Origin: an uncultured Candidatus Rokubacteria bacterium
GTDB lineage: Bacteria; Methylomirabilota; Methylomirabilia; Rokubacteriales; DASRDR01
Direction: 5' to 3'
Assembly: GCA_963805625.1 (NCBI GenBank)
Contig: CAWDVE010000013.1
Coordinates: 64,001-128,000, forward strand
Length of the DNA: 64,000 nucleotides
In this document: positions 40,546 through 50,037 of the stretch, piece by piece
Layout of the letters: the number at the start of each line of letters is the position of its first letter
Numbering within the stretch: position 1 is the stretch's first letter
Made by a program: the position numbers and the translations under genes
The notes under the pieces: model-generated
What the model saw: only the letters and a program-made list of their open reading frames with translations
Databases searched by the model: none
What the model was told of the DNA's origin: nothing

Positions 40546-42147
40546 ATGAGCGCTCCGAAATGGTCTGGTTTCGGCCTGAACGTTCCAGGCACATCCCGCC
40601 GCAGCTTCCTGCGCTGGTGCGCGGCCGCGTCCGGGGCACTGACGACCGTCGCGACGCGAGGGCTCCGAGGGGCGCCCGAAGCGCTCGCCCAGGCCGCTCC
40701 CAAGCGGGGCGGGACTCTCCGGGTCGGCTTCTACATCGAGGCCGCCACCATGGATCCCCACCTGTCCGGCAGCAAGATCGACCGGCAGGTCTACCACAAC
40801 CTCTACGATCCGCTCCTGGTCCTGGACGAGAAGCTCGGACTCCGCCCCGGCCTGGCGGAGTCCTGGACCCAGCCAGATTCGAAGACGCTTGTCTTCAAGC
40901 TCCAGCGGGGCGTGAAATTCCACGACGGCACCGAATTCAACGCCGAGGCCGCCAAGTTCAACTTCAACCGGATGAAGACGGACCCGAAGTCGGTCCGGAA
41001 GGGAGAGACGGCCAACATCGAGTCGGTGGACGTGGTGGACTCCCACACCATCCGGCTCAACCTCCGAAGGCCCGACGCCTCAATTCTGGCGGCGCTCACG
41101 GACAGGGCGGGGATGATGGTGTCCCCGAAGGTGGTCCAGGAGCGGGGCCCGGACCTCGAGCGGAACGCGCGGGGCGCCGGCACGGGACCCTTCGAGTTCG
41201 TGGAGTGGGTGAAGGACGATCACATCACGCTGAAGCGGAACGACAACTACTGGAACAAGCAGGCGGGCCCCTATCTCGACCAGATCCGCTACCGCCCCAT
41301 CCCGGACGACACCGTCAAGCTGGCGAGCCTCCAGTCGGGTGAGATCGAGGTGATGGACTACGTGCAGCCGCGCGACGTGGCGGCGGTCAAGGCCGACAAG
41401 AACGTGGCCGTCGTGGACGTGCCGTCACTCGCCTCGTTCGGCTACATGCTCAATCACACGAAGCCGCCCTTCAACAACAAGGCCCTGCGCCAGGCGGTAG
41501 CCTACGCGCTGGACATCGACCAGATCGTCAAGGCGGTCTGGCTCGGCGTCGGCGTCCCGTCGAACGGGCCGATCCCGCCCTCGAGCTGGGCGTACGACAG
41601 CAGCATTCCCGCGACGAAGCGCGACCTGGCGAAGGCGAAGGCCAAGCTCGCCGAGGGCGGCCAGCCGGGGGGGTTCACGTTCAGCGTCACGACGAACAAC
41701 ATCCCGATCAACGTGCAAGAAGCCGAGGTGATGCAGGCGCAGCTCGCCGAGGCGGGCATCACCATGAAGATCAAGCTCGTCGATTCCGCCGCGCTCCTGT
41801 CGGACGGCAACAACAAGAACTTCGACATGATCAACTACCAGTGGAGCGGCCGGCCGGATCCCGACGGCAACACGTTCCAGTTCTTCAAGACCGCGCCGGG
41901 CATCTCGCTCAACTGGTCCGGGATCTCCAATCCGCGGATCGACGCGCTGCTCGACCGGAGCCGCGAGGTGTCGGATCGGGCCGAGCGGAAGAAGATCTTC
42001 AGCGAGCTGACGCGGCTCCTGCACGAGGAGCTCCCGATGGTGTTCATCGTGCACCCGATCGAGCCGAAGGCCTTCAGCCCGCGGGTCCAGGGCTACGAGC
42101 CCATCCCCGACGGGATGATGCGGTTCAAGAGCGTCTGGCTGAAGTAG
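40546..42147 (+). CDS. peptide ABC substrate-binding protein (family 5) with Tat-like signal
   Basis: SRRSFL twin-arginine motif; LAESW, GVKFHDGT, GTGPF and RQAVAYALD motifs. Confidence 0.93.
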   Translation: MSAPKWSGFGLNVPGTSRRSFLRWCAAASGALTTVATRGLRGAPEALAQAAPKRGGTLRVGFYIEAATMDPHLSGSKIDRQVYHNLYDPLLVLDEKLGLRPGLAESWTQPDSKTLVFKLQRGVKFHDGTEFNAEAAKFNFNRMKTDPKSVRKGETANIESVDVVDSHTIRLNLRRPDASILAALTDRAGMMVSPKVVQERGPDLERNARGAGTGPFEFVEWVKDDHITLKRNDNYWNKQAGPYLDQIRYRPIPDDTVKLASLQSGEIEVMDYVQPRDVAAVKADKNVAVVDVPSLASFGYMLNHTKPPFNNKALRQAVAYALDIDQIVKAVWLGVGVPSNGPIPPSSWAYDSSIPATKRDLAKAKAKLAEGGQPGGFTFSVTTNNIPINVQEAEVMQAQLAEAGITMKIKLVDSAALLSDGNNKNFDMINYQWSGRPDPDGNTFQFFKTAPGISLNWSGISNPRIDALLDRSREVSDRAERKKIFSELTRLLHEELPMVFIVHPIEPKAFSPRVQGYEPIPDGMMRFKSVWLK

Positions 42148-42208
42148 ACCGCATCGGTGACCGCCATCGGGTAAGCCCGGGCATGCCGGGCGCCTGAGAC
42201 TCACGCGC

Positions 42209-43153
42209 ATGGGCCGGTTCCTCCTGGGCCGCCTGATCGCCGTGCTCCCGGTCCTCGTGCTCGTCACCGCCGGGGTGTTCCTCCTCATCCACCTCACGCC
42301 CGGCGATCCGATCGACGCCATGATGGCCGAGTCGGTGGACGCCGGCGTGAAGGCGGAGCTCAGCCGGCAGCTCGGTCTCGATCAGCCGATCCACGTGCAG
42401 TACGTCAGGTGGATGGGCCGGCTCCTCCGGGGCGACCTCGGGCGCTCGATCCGGAACGGGCAGCCGGTCGTCGAAGACGTGGCGCGCCGCCTCCGGCCCA
42501 GCCTGGAGCTGGCGTTCCTGGCGATGCTGATCGCGCTCCTGGTGGCCTTCCCACTCGGCATGCTCTCCGCGGCACGCCGGAACACCGCGACGGACGGCGC
42601 CGGCACGGCGTTCGCCCTGCTCGGGATCTGCATGCCGAACTTCCTCGTCGCCCTGCTCCTGATCTTCCTGTTCGGCGTGACGCTCCGCTGGCTGCCCGTC
42701 TCCGGCTACACCGATCCGCTCGAGGACCCGGTGAACGGCCTCCGCTCGCTGACGCTGCCCGCGATCACCCTCGGACTCGCGCTGGCAGCCGTGCTCACCC
42801 GAACGCTGCGCTCGAGCCTCATCGACGCGCTTTCCGAGGATTACGTGCGGACCGCGCGGGCCAAGGGGCTGTCCGAGCGAGTGATCCTCGGCCGGCACGC
42901 GCTCAAGAACGGCCTCATCCCGGTCGCCACGGTGCTGGGGCTCCAGCTCGGCGGACTCATCGGGGGGGCGGTGATCACGGAGTACGTGTTCGCCCTCCCC
43001 GGCGTCGGCCGGCTCGTGGTCGACGCGGTCTTCGCGCGGGACTATCCCCTGGTGCAGGGGGTCGTCCTGCTGATCGCCGTGGGCTTCATCCTGAGCAGCC
43101 TGGCGGTGGACCTCGTCTATGCGTGGCTCGACCCGAGGATTCGATATCGCTGA
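42209..43153 (+). CDS. peptide ABC permease (DppB-like)
   Basis: PGDP, GDLGRS, DYVRTARAKG and LDPRIRY motifs. Confidence 0.93.
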   Translation: MGRFLLGRLIAVLPVLVLVTAGVFLLIHLTPGDPIDAMMAESVDAGVKAELSRQLGLDQPIHVQYVRWMGRLLRGDLGRSIRNGQPVVEDVARRLRPSLELAFLAMLIALLVAFPLGMLSAARRNTATDGAGTAFALLGICMPNFLVALLLIFLFGVTLRWLPVSGYTDPLEDPVNGLRSLTLPAITLGLALAAVLTRTLRSSLIDALSEDYVRTARAKGLSERVILGRHALKNGLIPVATVLGLQLGGLIGGAVITEYVFALPGVGRLVVDAVFARDYPLVQGVVLLIAVGFILSSLAVDLVYAWLDPRIRYR

Positions 43154-44042
43154 GCACGCTCCCGCGAGCGCGCGCACCTGGGCCCCGGCCGCGCGGCCGG
43201 CCTCGGTGCGGCGCTGGGTGGCGCTGCGGCGACTGGCCAGCGGGCGACTCGCCCTGGCCGGCGCCGCGGTGACCCTGGTCGCGGTGGTGGTGGCGCTGGC
43301 CGCGCCAGCGCTGGCCCCCCACAACCCCCTCAAGCAGAATCTCGGCAGCACGCTCGCAAGCCCGAGCCGGACTCACCTCCTCGGGACCGACAACGTGGGC
43401 CGGGACGTGCTCTCGCGGGTCATCTGGGGCACGCGCATCTCGCTGGTGGCAGGCTTCGTGTCGGTCGCGATCGCGGCGCTGGCGGGAAGCCTTATCGGGC
43501 TCTTCGCCGGATACCGAGGCGGCCGGGTCGATGGCCTCGCGATGCGGCTCATGGACGCGGTGCTGTCCTTCCCGCCCCTGGTCCTGGCGCTGGCGCTCGG
43601 CGCCGTTCTGGGCGCGGACCTCACCGGGGTGCTGATCGCGCTCGGCGTCGTCTACACGCCCACCTTCGCCCGCCTGATGCGCGGTCAGGTGCTGACGATC
43701 CGGGGGCGCGAGTACATCGAGGCGGCCCGGGCCCTCGGCGCGTCCGGCGGGTGGATCGCCTGGCGTCACGTCCTGCCGAACGCCGCCACCCCGATCGTGG
43801 TGCAGGCGTCCCTGAGCGTGGCGTTCGCCATCCTCGCGGAGGCCTCGCTGTCCTTCCTCGGGCTCGGAGTCCAGCCGCCGGATGCCTCCTGGGGCAGCAT
43901 GATCAACGCGGGGCGCGGCTACCTCCGCCAGGCGCCGTGGGTCGTCTTCGGGCCGGGCGCCGCCCTGTTCGTGACCGTGCTCGGTCTGAACTTCCTCGGC
44001 GACGCCGTACGCGACGCGCTCGATCCGAAACTGCGGGCGTGA
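43146..44042 (+). CDS. peptide ABC permease (DppC-like); start codon atypical or uncertain
   Basis: HLLGTDNVGRD, HVLPN, EASLSFLGLG and GDAVRDALDP motifs. Confidence 0.88.
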   Translation: MAEHAPASARTWAPAARPASVRRWVALRRLASGRLALAGAAVTLVAVVVALAAPALAPHNPLKQNLGSTLASPSRTHLLGTDNVGRDVLSRVIWGTRISLVAGFVSVAIAALAGSLIGLFAGYRGGRVDGLAMRLMDAVLSFPPLVLALALGAVLGADLTGVLIALGVVYTPTFARLMRGQVLTIRGREYIEAARALGASGGWIAWRHVLPNAATPIVVQASLSVAFAILAEASLSFLGLGVQPPDASWGSMINAGRGYLRQAPWVVFGPGAALFVTVLGLNFLGDAVRDALDPKLRA

Positions 44043-44557
44043 GGCTCGCGGGCGTCGATAGCGCGTGCGACATCGCCAGCGCGACGCGCCTACTGGTCGG
44101 GCTGCCGGTCTTCCTCCGGCGCCGAGCGGTCGCCCAGGAGGCCCACGCAGTCATCCGACGGCGCCTCGAGCAGCGCAGCGCCACATTCCTCGAGAAGCTC
44201 AACGCCGGTGGGATGACGTTCCTGGACACCGACATCGTCCGGCTCCTCGAGCGGGATCTGCCGGCCCGCTTCGGCGGGGGGCCGACGGACTTTCAGCTCG
44301 TCGAGCAGGAGCGCGAGGACGGACGACCTCGGGTGGTGCTGATCGTGCACCCGGGTGTCGGCGCGGTGGACCCGGCCGCGGTCGCCGAGTACCTGCTCGA
44401 TCGACTCGGCCGCGGATCCGGAGCCGAGCGGATCATGGCGCTCACGTGGCGCCAGAGCGACATCCTGGAGGTGGAGCGCGGCGTACCCAAGATGACCGCC
44501 GCCGGCAAGCTCCTACCGGTCCTCAAAGTCACGGGCCAGCTTCCACGGCCATCGTGA
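44039..44557 (+). pseudogene. internally deleted remnant of a phenylacetate-CoA-ligase-like hypothetical family
   Basis: N-terminal-type segment (GLPVFLRR..AHAVIRRRLEQRSATFL) runs directly into a C-terminal-type segment (EKLNAGGMTFLDTD..LPARFGGGPTDFQLVE..TAAGKL). Family recalled, not searched. Confidence 0.6.
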
Positions 44558-44710
44558 TCGACAAGCGCACGGCGGCCAGCCCCATCGGCCAGGACGACGC
44601 GCCAGTGCGCGCGGCTGGCCCCCCCGCGCCGACAGGTCATGAGCAACCGGGTAGACTGGAGCGGCTGTCGGGGAACAGCCGTGGCACCCCTACCCCTCTG
44701 ACCGGAGGAC

Positions 44711-46162
44711 ATGCGCATGCCGAATCCGTCTCTGGCCTTCGAGCCCATCACTCAGCTGGCGGCGAGGATCCGTGCAGGCGACGTCAGCCCGGTCGCGCTG
44801 ACCGAGGCGCTGCTCGAGCGGATCGCGGCGCTCGACGGCCGACTCCACGCCTTCATCGCGGTCACCCGGGAGCGGGCGCTGGCGGAGGCCCGCGCCGCCG
44901 AGCTCGCCCTGCGGGGGGGTCAGGACCTGGGACCGCTTCACGGCATCCCGTACGCCGCGAAGGACCTCTTCGACGTCCGGGGCGTGCCGACGACCGCAGG
45001 CACCCGGCTCCTCGCCGGGAACGTGGCGAAGGAGGACGCGGCCGTCGTCCGGCGTCTGGCCGGCGCCGGCATGGTCCTCGTGGGCAAGACCTATACGGTC
45101 CAGTTCGCCTTCGGCGGAGTCGGCGTGAACCACGACCAGGGCACGCCGCACAACCCCTGGCACGCGACGCACCATGTCCCGGGCGGCTCGTCCAGCGGCT
45201 CGGGAGTGGCCGTGGGGGCGGGGCTCGTCCCGATGGCACTCGGGAGTGACACCGGGGGCTCGGTCCGCATCCCGGCCGCCCTCTGCGGCACGGTCGGCCT
45301 CAAGACGACCGTCGGGCGCGTGAGCCGCGCCGGCGTCTACCCGCTCAGCTTCACCCTCGACTCGGTGGGACCCCTGACTCGGACGGTGGCAGACGCCGCC
45401 CTCGTCTACCAGACGCTGCAGGGCCAGGACGCCCGCGACGAGACAACCGACGGCGTCCAGCCGCACGATGTGCTGGCCCGGCTCGAGGACGGCGTCCGCG
45501 GGCTCAGGCTCGCCCTCGCCGAGACGCTCTTCTTCGACGACGTCGACCCCGAGGTCGAGCGGGCGGTGCGCGAGAGCGCCGGGGTGTTCCGCTCGCTCGG
45601 CGCCCAGGTCGAGAGCATCAAGGTCCCGGAGGCGGCGGAAGCGATGTCGGAGCAGAAGCGGGCCTTCGCCATCGCGGCCGAGGCGTGCGTCTACAACGCC
45701 CGGCTTCTCGACGAGCACTTCGACCAGCTCGACCCTGCGGTGGCCCACCGGATGATCGGCGGGCGCCAGCTCTCCGCTCCCGACTACTTCGCCCTCCACC
45801 GCCAGTGGGCCGAGCTCCGGCGACGGCTCGGCGCCCGTCTCGCCGACGTGGACGCGCTCCTGGTGCCGACCACTGCCCTGCCCTCGAAGCCCCTGGCGGA
45901 GGTCGACCGGACGATCGAGTCGTACGCCCAGCACAACAGCCGCTACCTCCGGAACACGGCGGTCGGGAACATCCTGAACCTCTGCGGCGTGTCCCTCCCG
46001 TGCGGCTTCACGCAGCAGGGGCTCCCGATCGGCCTGATGGTCTACGCGAAGCCGTTCCAGGAGGACGTGGCGCTCCGCGTCGCGCACGCCTACGAACGGG
46101 CGACCGAGTGGCACCGGCGCCATCCCGACCTCGCCTGGGCTGCGGGCGGTACGCGCCGCTGA
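44711..46162 (+). CDS. amidase signature family enzyme
   Basis: GPLHGIPYAAKD, PGGSSSGS and GSDTGGSVRIPA (Lys-cisSer-Ser triad). Confidence 0.93.
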   Translation: MRMPNPSLAFEPITQLAARIRAGDVSPVALTEALLERIAALDGRLHAFIAVTRERALAEARAAELALRGGQDLGPLHGIPYAAKDLFDVRGVPTTAGTRLLAGNVAKEDAAVVRRLAGAGMVLVGKTYTVQFAFGGVGVNHDQGTPHNPWHATHHVPGGSSSGSGVAVGAGLVPMALGSDTGGSVRIPAALCGTVGLKTTVGRVSRAGVYPLSFTLDSVGPLTRTVADAALVYQTLQGQDARDETTDGVQPHDVLARLEDGVRGLRLALAETLFFDDVDPEVERAVRESAGVFRSLGAQVESIKVPEAAEAMSEQKRAFAIAAEACVYNARLLDEHFDQLDPAVAHRMIGGRQLSAPDYFALHRQWAELRRRLGARLADVDALLVPTTALPSKPLAEVDRTIESYAQHNSRYLRNTAVGNILNLCGVSLPCGFTQQGLPIGLMVYAKPFQEDVALRVAHAYERATEWHRRHPDLAWAAGGTRR

Positions 46163-46217
46163 GATTCGGGCGGCGAGGAGTGCGGCCAGGCTTCTCCGCG
46201 CTGGCGAGGAGGAGGCC

Positions 46218-46604
46218 ATGAGGGAAACGGGCCAGGAGCTTGGACGGGAGGCGGGGACGAGCCCGGTCCGCGAGCGGCGCTGGGGCATGATCGGCGGGAC
46301 CCTGGGCTCTCTCTATGGCGTGGGAGCCGCCCTGATCGCCCTCCTCGTCGAGGGGGCACCCTGGTGGCCGACGGGCACCTACCCGCCGTTCTTCACGACG
46401 CCACGGCTCCTTGCCTTCGATGTGTACATGATCGCCGCGCTCGTGACGGGCGTCGGCTTTCTGGTCGCGGCGCTCGCCCTCGCCCGCCTGAGCCGGTATC
46501 CGCGCACCGACGCCAGCGGTGCCCTCGTGCTGGGCCTGGTCCTCGGTCTCACCAGCGGCGCGATCCTGTTCGCGCGGCTCGTGGCCGTCGTGCGAGGCGC
46601 GTAG
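46218..46604 (+). CDS. hypothetical membrane protein (3 TM)
   Basis: GGAGG RBS; three hydrophobic segments. Confidence 0.7.
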   Translation: MRETGQELGREAGTSPVRERRWGMIGGTLGSLYGVGAALIALLVEGAPWWPTGTYPPFFTTPRLLAFDVYMIAALVTGVGFLVAALALARLSRYPRTDASGALVLGLVLGLTSGAILFARLVAVVRGA

Positions 46605-46637
46605 CGGGCCGGGAAACGACTCCGAGGCGGGAGCGAG

Positions 46638-47396
46638 GTGGCCGTGAGGCTCATGGGGAAAGTGGCACTGATCAGCGGCGGCGCGCGCGGCATGGGCGCC
46701 AGTGAGGCGCGGCTCTTCGCCCGGGAAGGGGCGCGCGTCGTCATCGGCGACATCCTCGAGGCCGAGGGCCTGGCCGTCGAGGCCGACATCCGTGCGAAGG
46801 GCGGCGACGCCCTGTTCGTCCGGCTCGACGTCACGGACGAGGGCGACTGGGAGCGCGCCGTCAGCCGGACGGTCGAGCGCTTCGAGCGGTTGAACGTGCT
46901 CGTGAACAACGCGGGCGTGGGAGCCGTCGGCCGCATCGAGGACACGACGGCCAAGGACTGGGACCACGTCATGGACGTCAACGCCAAGGGCGTGTTCCTC
47001 GGTACGAAGGCAGTCATCCCCGCCATGCGCCGGGCCGGCGGCGGCTCGATCGTCAACATCTCGTCCCAGCTCGGTCTCGTCGGGACCGACAACAGCAGCC
47101 CGCAGTACCAGGCCTCCAAGGGCGCCGTGCGCCTCCTGACGAAGGCGACCGCCATCCAGTACGCGCGCGAGGGCATCCGCGCCAACTCGGTCCACCCCGG
47201 ACCCATCGTGACCGCGATGACCGAGCGGCGCCGCGCCGACCCGGAGCACTACCAGCGCATGCTCTCGCGGATTCCGCTCGGCCGGTTCGGCGAGTCCGAC
47301 GAGGTCGCCTACGGCGTCCTCTACCTCGCCTCGGACGAAGCGGCATTCGTGACGGGCAGCGAGCTCGTCATCGACGGAGGCTGGACCGCCCAGTAG
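46638..47396 (+). CDS. SDR family oxidoreductase (glucose/cyclopentanol dehydrogenase-like)
   Basis: SGGARGMG, NNAG, YQASK and NSVHPG motifs. Confidence 0.93.
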   Translation: MAVRLMGKVALISGGARGMGASEARLFAREGARVVIGDILEAEGLAVEADIRAKGGDALFVRLDVTDEGDWERAVSRTVERFERLNVLVNNAGVGAVGRIEDTTAKDWDHVMDVNAKGVFLGTKAVIPAMRRAGGGSIVNISSQLGLVGTDNSSPQYQASKGAVRLLTKATAIQYAREGIRANSVHPGPIVTAMTERRRADPEHYQRMLSRIPLGRFGESDEVAYGVLYLASDEAAFVTGSELVIDGGWTAQ

Positions 47397-48933
47397 GCTC
47401 GAGAGCTCGGGGCCCGATCAGTCGGACCTCTGACGCACGCACTCCTCGAAGCGCCACCGCCAGGCGCGCGCAGGCCTCATCGATCTCCCGCGGCGTGTAG
47501 GCCGCGTAGCCCAGCATGAGCCCGCCCCGCACGGCCCGGCGCACGGGCCGGGCACGATAGGCGGAGAGAGGCGGCGCGTCCACGTCGTGGGCCAGGGCGG
47601 CGCGCGCGGCCGAGCGGTCATCCACCCCCACGGGCAGCCAGCCCATCAGATGCATGCCCGCCTCCGCCGGTGCCACCTCGAGGAGCCCCCCGAGTGTCCG
47701 CCGCGCGGCGCGCACGAGGGCCGTCTGACGCTCGGCGTAGAGCGCGCGGGTTCGCCGCACGTGCCGTGCGAAGTGCCCGCCGTCGATGAAATCGGCGAGG
47801 GCCGCCTGGGTCACCGACGGCGAGTGCCGGTCGGCCAGCGCGCGCGCGGCGACGAAGGCGTCGACCAGCTCCGGAGGCACCACCAGGTACCCTAGCCGGA
47901 GCGCCGGGAAAAGCACCTTGCTGAACGTCCCCGCGTAGATCACGCGACCCTGCGTGTCGAGGCCCTGGAGCGCCGCGAGCGGGCGCCCGGCGTAGCGGTA
48001 CTCGCTGTCGTAGTCGTCCTCGAGGATCCACGCCCCGCTCGCGCTCGCCCACTCGAGAAGGGCGAGCCGGCGGTTCAAGCTCATCGTCACGCCGAGCGGG
48101 TACTGATGCGACGGCGTGACGTAGACCAGCCGGGCTCCGGGGGCGTCGCGGGCACCCCGGCGGACGTCGAGCCCCTCCGCGTCCACGGGGATCGGGGCCA
48201 GGCGGATCCCCGCCGCCACCAGGGCGCCGCGTGCCCCCTGGTAGCCCGGGTCCTCCACCCACGCCGTATCGCCGGAATCGAGGAGCACGCGCGCCGCGAG
48301 ATCGACCGCTTGCTGGGCGCCGGTCACCACGATGACCTGGGACGCCTCGCAGCGCACGGCTCGCGCCTCGCCGAGGTACGCCGCGATCGCCTCGCGAAGC
48401 GGCGCGTGGCCGGCCGGATCCCCGTAGTCCAGTAGCTGGCGCGAGACGCGCCGCCACCGCCGGGCGACCAGCCGCGTCCACAGGTCGAACGGGAAGGCGT
48501 CGAGCCCGGGAAGCCCGGGGCGGAACGGATGGGCCGTGATGGGCCCTCCGGCCAGGCTGGCGCGCGTCCCGAGGAGCAAAGCCCCACGCCGCGACAGGCG
48601 CGGCCGCCGGCCGGGCCGCTCCGTTCCCGCGGTCTCCGGGCGCGCCCGGAGGAGCGTCTCCGGGAGCATCCCCGCCACCGTCGTTCCCGCGCCCACGCGA
48701 CCCTCGAGGTAGCCCTCGTCGAGAAGCTGGCCGAACGCGGTGAGCACCGTGTTGCGGGAGGTTCCGAGATCGCCCGCGAGCACCCGCGTCGACGGGAGCC
48801 GCGCTCCGGGCCGGAGCCGTCCCGAGAGGATCGCCTCGCGCAGACCGTCGTAGAGCTGGCGGTAGAGTGGCACGCTCGAGGCGCGCTCGAGCCCCAGCGT
48901 CCCGATCGTCACGACGGCGCGGCGCTTCGGCAT
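47368..48933 (-). CDS. MocR/GabR family regulator (GntR HTH + PLP aminotransferase domain)
   Basis: PLYRQLY..LPSTR, YVTPSHQYPLG, EDDYDSEY and GTFSKVLFPALRLGY motifs. Confidence 0.95.
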   Translation of the reverse strand: MPKRRAVVTIGTLGLERASSVPLYRQLYDGLREAILSGRLRPGARLPSTRVLAGDLGTSRNTVLTAFGQLLDEGYLEGRVGAGTTVAGMLPETLLRARPETAGTERPGRRPRLSRRGALLLGTRASLAGGPITAHPFRPGLPGLDAFPFDLWTRLVARRWRRVSRQLLDYGDPAGHAPLREAIAAYLGEARAVRCEASQVIVVTGAQQAVDLAARVLLDSGDTAWVEDPGYQGARGALVAAGIRLAPIPVDAEGLDVRRGARDAPGARLVYVTPSHQYPLGVTMSLNRRLALLEWASASGAWILEDDYDSEYRYAGRPLAALQGLDTQGRVIYAGTFSKVLFPALRLGYLVVPPELVDAFVAARALADRHSPSVTQAALADFIDGGHFARHVRRTRALYAERQTALVRAARRTLGGLLEVAPAEAGMHLMGWLPVGVDDRSAARAALAHDVDAPPLSAYRARPVRRAVRGGLMLGYAAYTPREIDEACARLAVALRGVRASEVRLIGPRALEPTGRSSLRR

Positions 48934-48977
48934 CCGGCCCTCCCTCCCCACGCCCCTGCCCCGTGACGATGTCGCGA

Positions 48978-49001
48978 ATGGAGCTCGGATAATGGCTCCA
49001 T
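48978..49001. promoter_or_regulatory. candidate MocR operator
   Basis: ATGGAGC-N10-GCTCCAT inverted repeat with an AATGG direct repeat, in the divergent promoter region. Confidence 0.6.
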
Positions 49002-49130
49002 CGTAGGGGTCGAGACGATCCTTCCGTCAAGGCCACCAGCGGGCGGCGGCGCCGCGGCTGTGACGCGGCCCGCGCACGCCGGCCAGACGTAGACCTCGCG
49101 GTGCAAGCCCGCGGTGTAACATGGACCGCC

Positions 49131-50024
49131 GTGAGCGGCGCCTTCGCCTGCAAGACCGCGCGAAACCGGCGGGTCGAGATCCGCGGCCTTGAGCTTCACC
49201 TCCTCGAGTGGGGCCCGGCGGCCCGGTCCGGCCTCCTGCTGCTCCACGGAGGTGCCGCGCACGCCCACTGGTTCGACGCCGTCGCGGTCGCGCTCGCCGA
49301 GCATCGACACGTCGTGGCGCTCGACCAGCGTGGCCACGGGGAGAGTGCGTGGGCACGTCCACCCGCGTACGCGACCGAGGACTTCGCGGGCGACATCATC
49401 GGCGTGATCGACGGCCTTGGATGGGAATCGGCGGTCCTCGTCGGGCACTCGATGGGCGGTCACAATGCGATCGCCTGCGCCGCGTGGCATCCCGATCGGA
49501 TCCGGGGGCTGGTCATCGTGGATTCGCGCCCGGCGATTCCAGCCGAGCGGCTCGCCCAGATGAAGGAGCGCGGGGAGCGACCCCTTCGCCAGCATCCGAC
49601 CATCGAGGCGGCCGTGGCCGCCTTCCGGCTCCTGCCGCCCGAGACGAGCGCCGATCCAGCCCTACTCGCCCACCTGGCGCGCGAGAGCGTCGCGTGGCGG
49701 GACGGCGCCGTCAGCCTGCGGTTCGACCCGGCGTGCTACGCGGCGCGCGTACCCGTCGACGGCTGGCCGCTCCTGCCGCGAATCACCGCGCCCGCGCTCG
49801 TGGTCCGGGGGGAGCGGAGCCCGATTCTCCCGGGCCCTATGGCCGAGCGCCTCCGCGCCGAGCTGCCCGCCGCCCGGCTCGTCGAGATACAGGACGCGTA
49901 CCACCATCTGGTGCTGGACCAGCCCGACGCGTTCGCCCACGAACTGCAGGGCTTCCTGGACGGCCTGGACAGCTCCGGGATGGGCGCCGAGGCATCCGCA
50001 GCCGGCCGGCCGGCGGCCTCATGA
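49131..50024 (+). CDS. alpha/beta hydrolase
   Basis: LLHGG, DQRGHG, GHSMGG nucleophile elbow and AYHH motifs. Confidence 0.92.
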   Translation: MSGAFACKTARNRRVEIRGLELHLLEWGPAARSGLLLLHGGAAHAHWFDAVAVALAEHRHVVALDQRGHGESAWARPPAYATEDFAGDIIGVIDGLGWESAVLVGHSMGGHNAIACAAWHPDRIRGLVIVDSRPAIPAERLAQMKERGERPLRQHPTIEAAVAAFRLLPPETSADPALLAHLARESVAWRDGAVSLRFDPACYAARVPVDGWPLLPRITAPALVVRGERSPILPGPMAERLRAELPAARLVEIQDAYHHLVLDQPDAFAHELQGFLDGLDSSGMGAEASAAGRPAAS

Positions 50025-50037
50025 CGGAGGCGCGCCC

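Noticed and set aside
44711-46162. Amidase as gatA
   Set aside because: No gatB/gatC neighbours and GatA-specific motifs are missing; it looks like a catabolic amidase.
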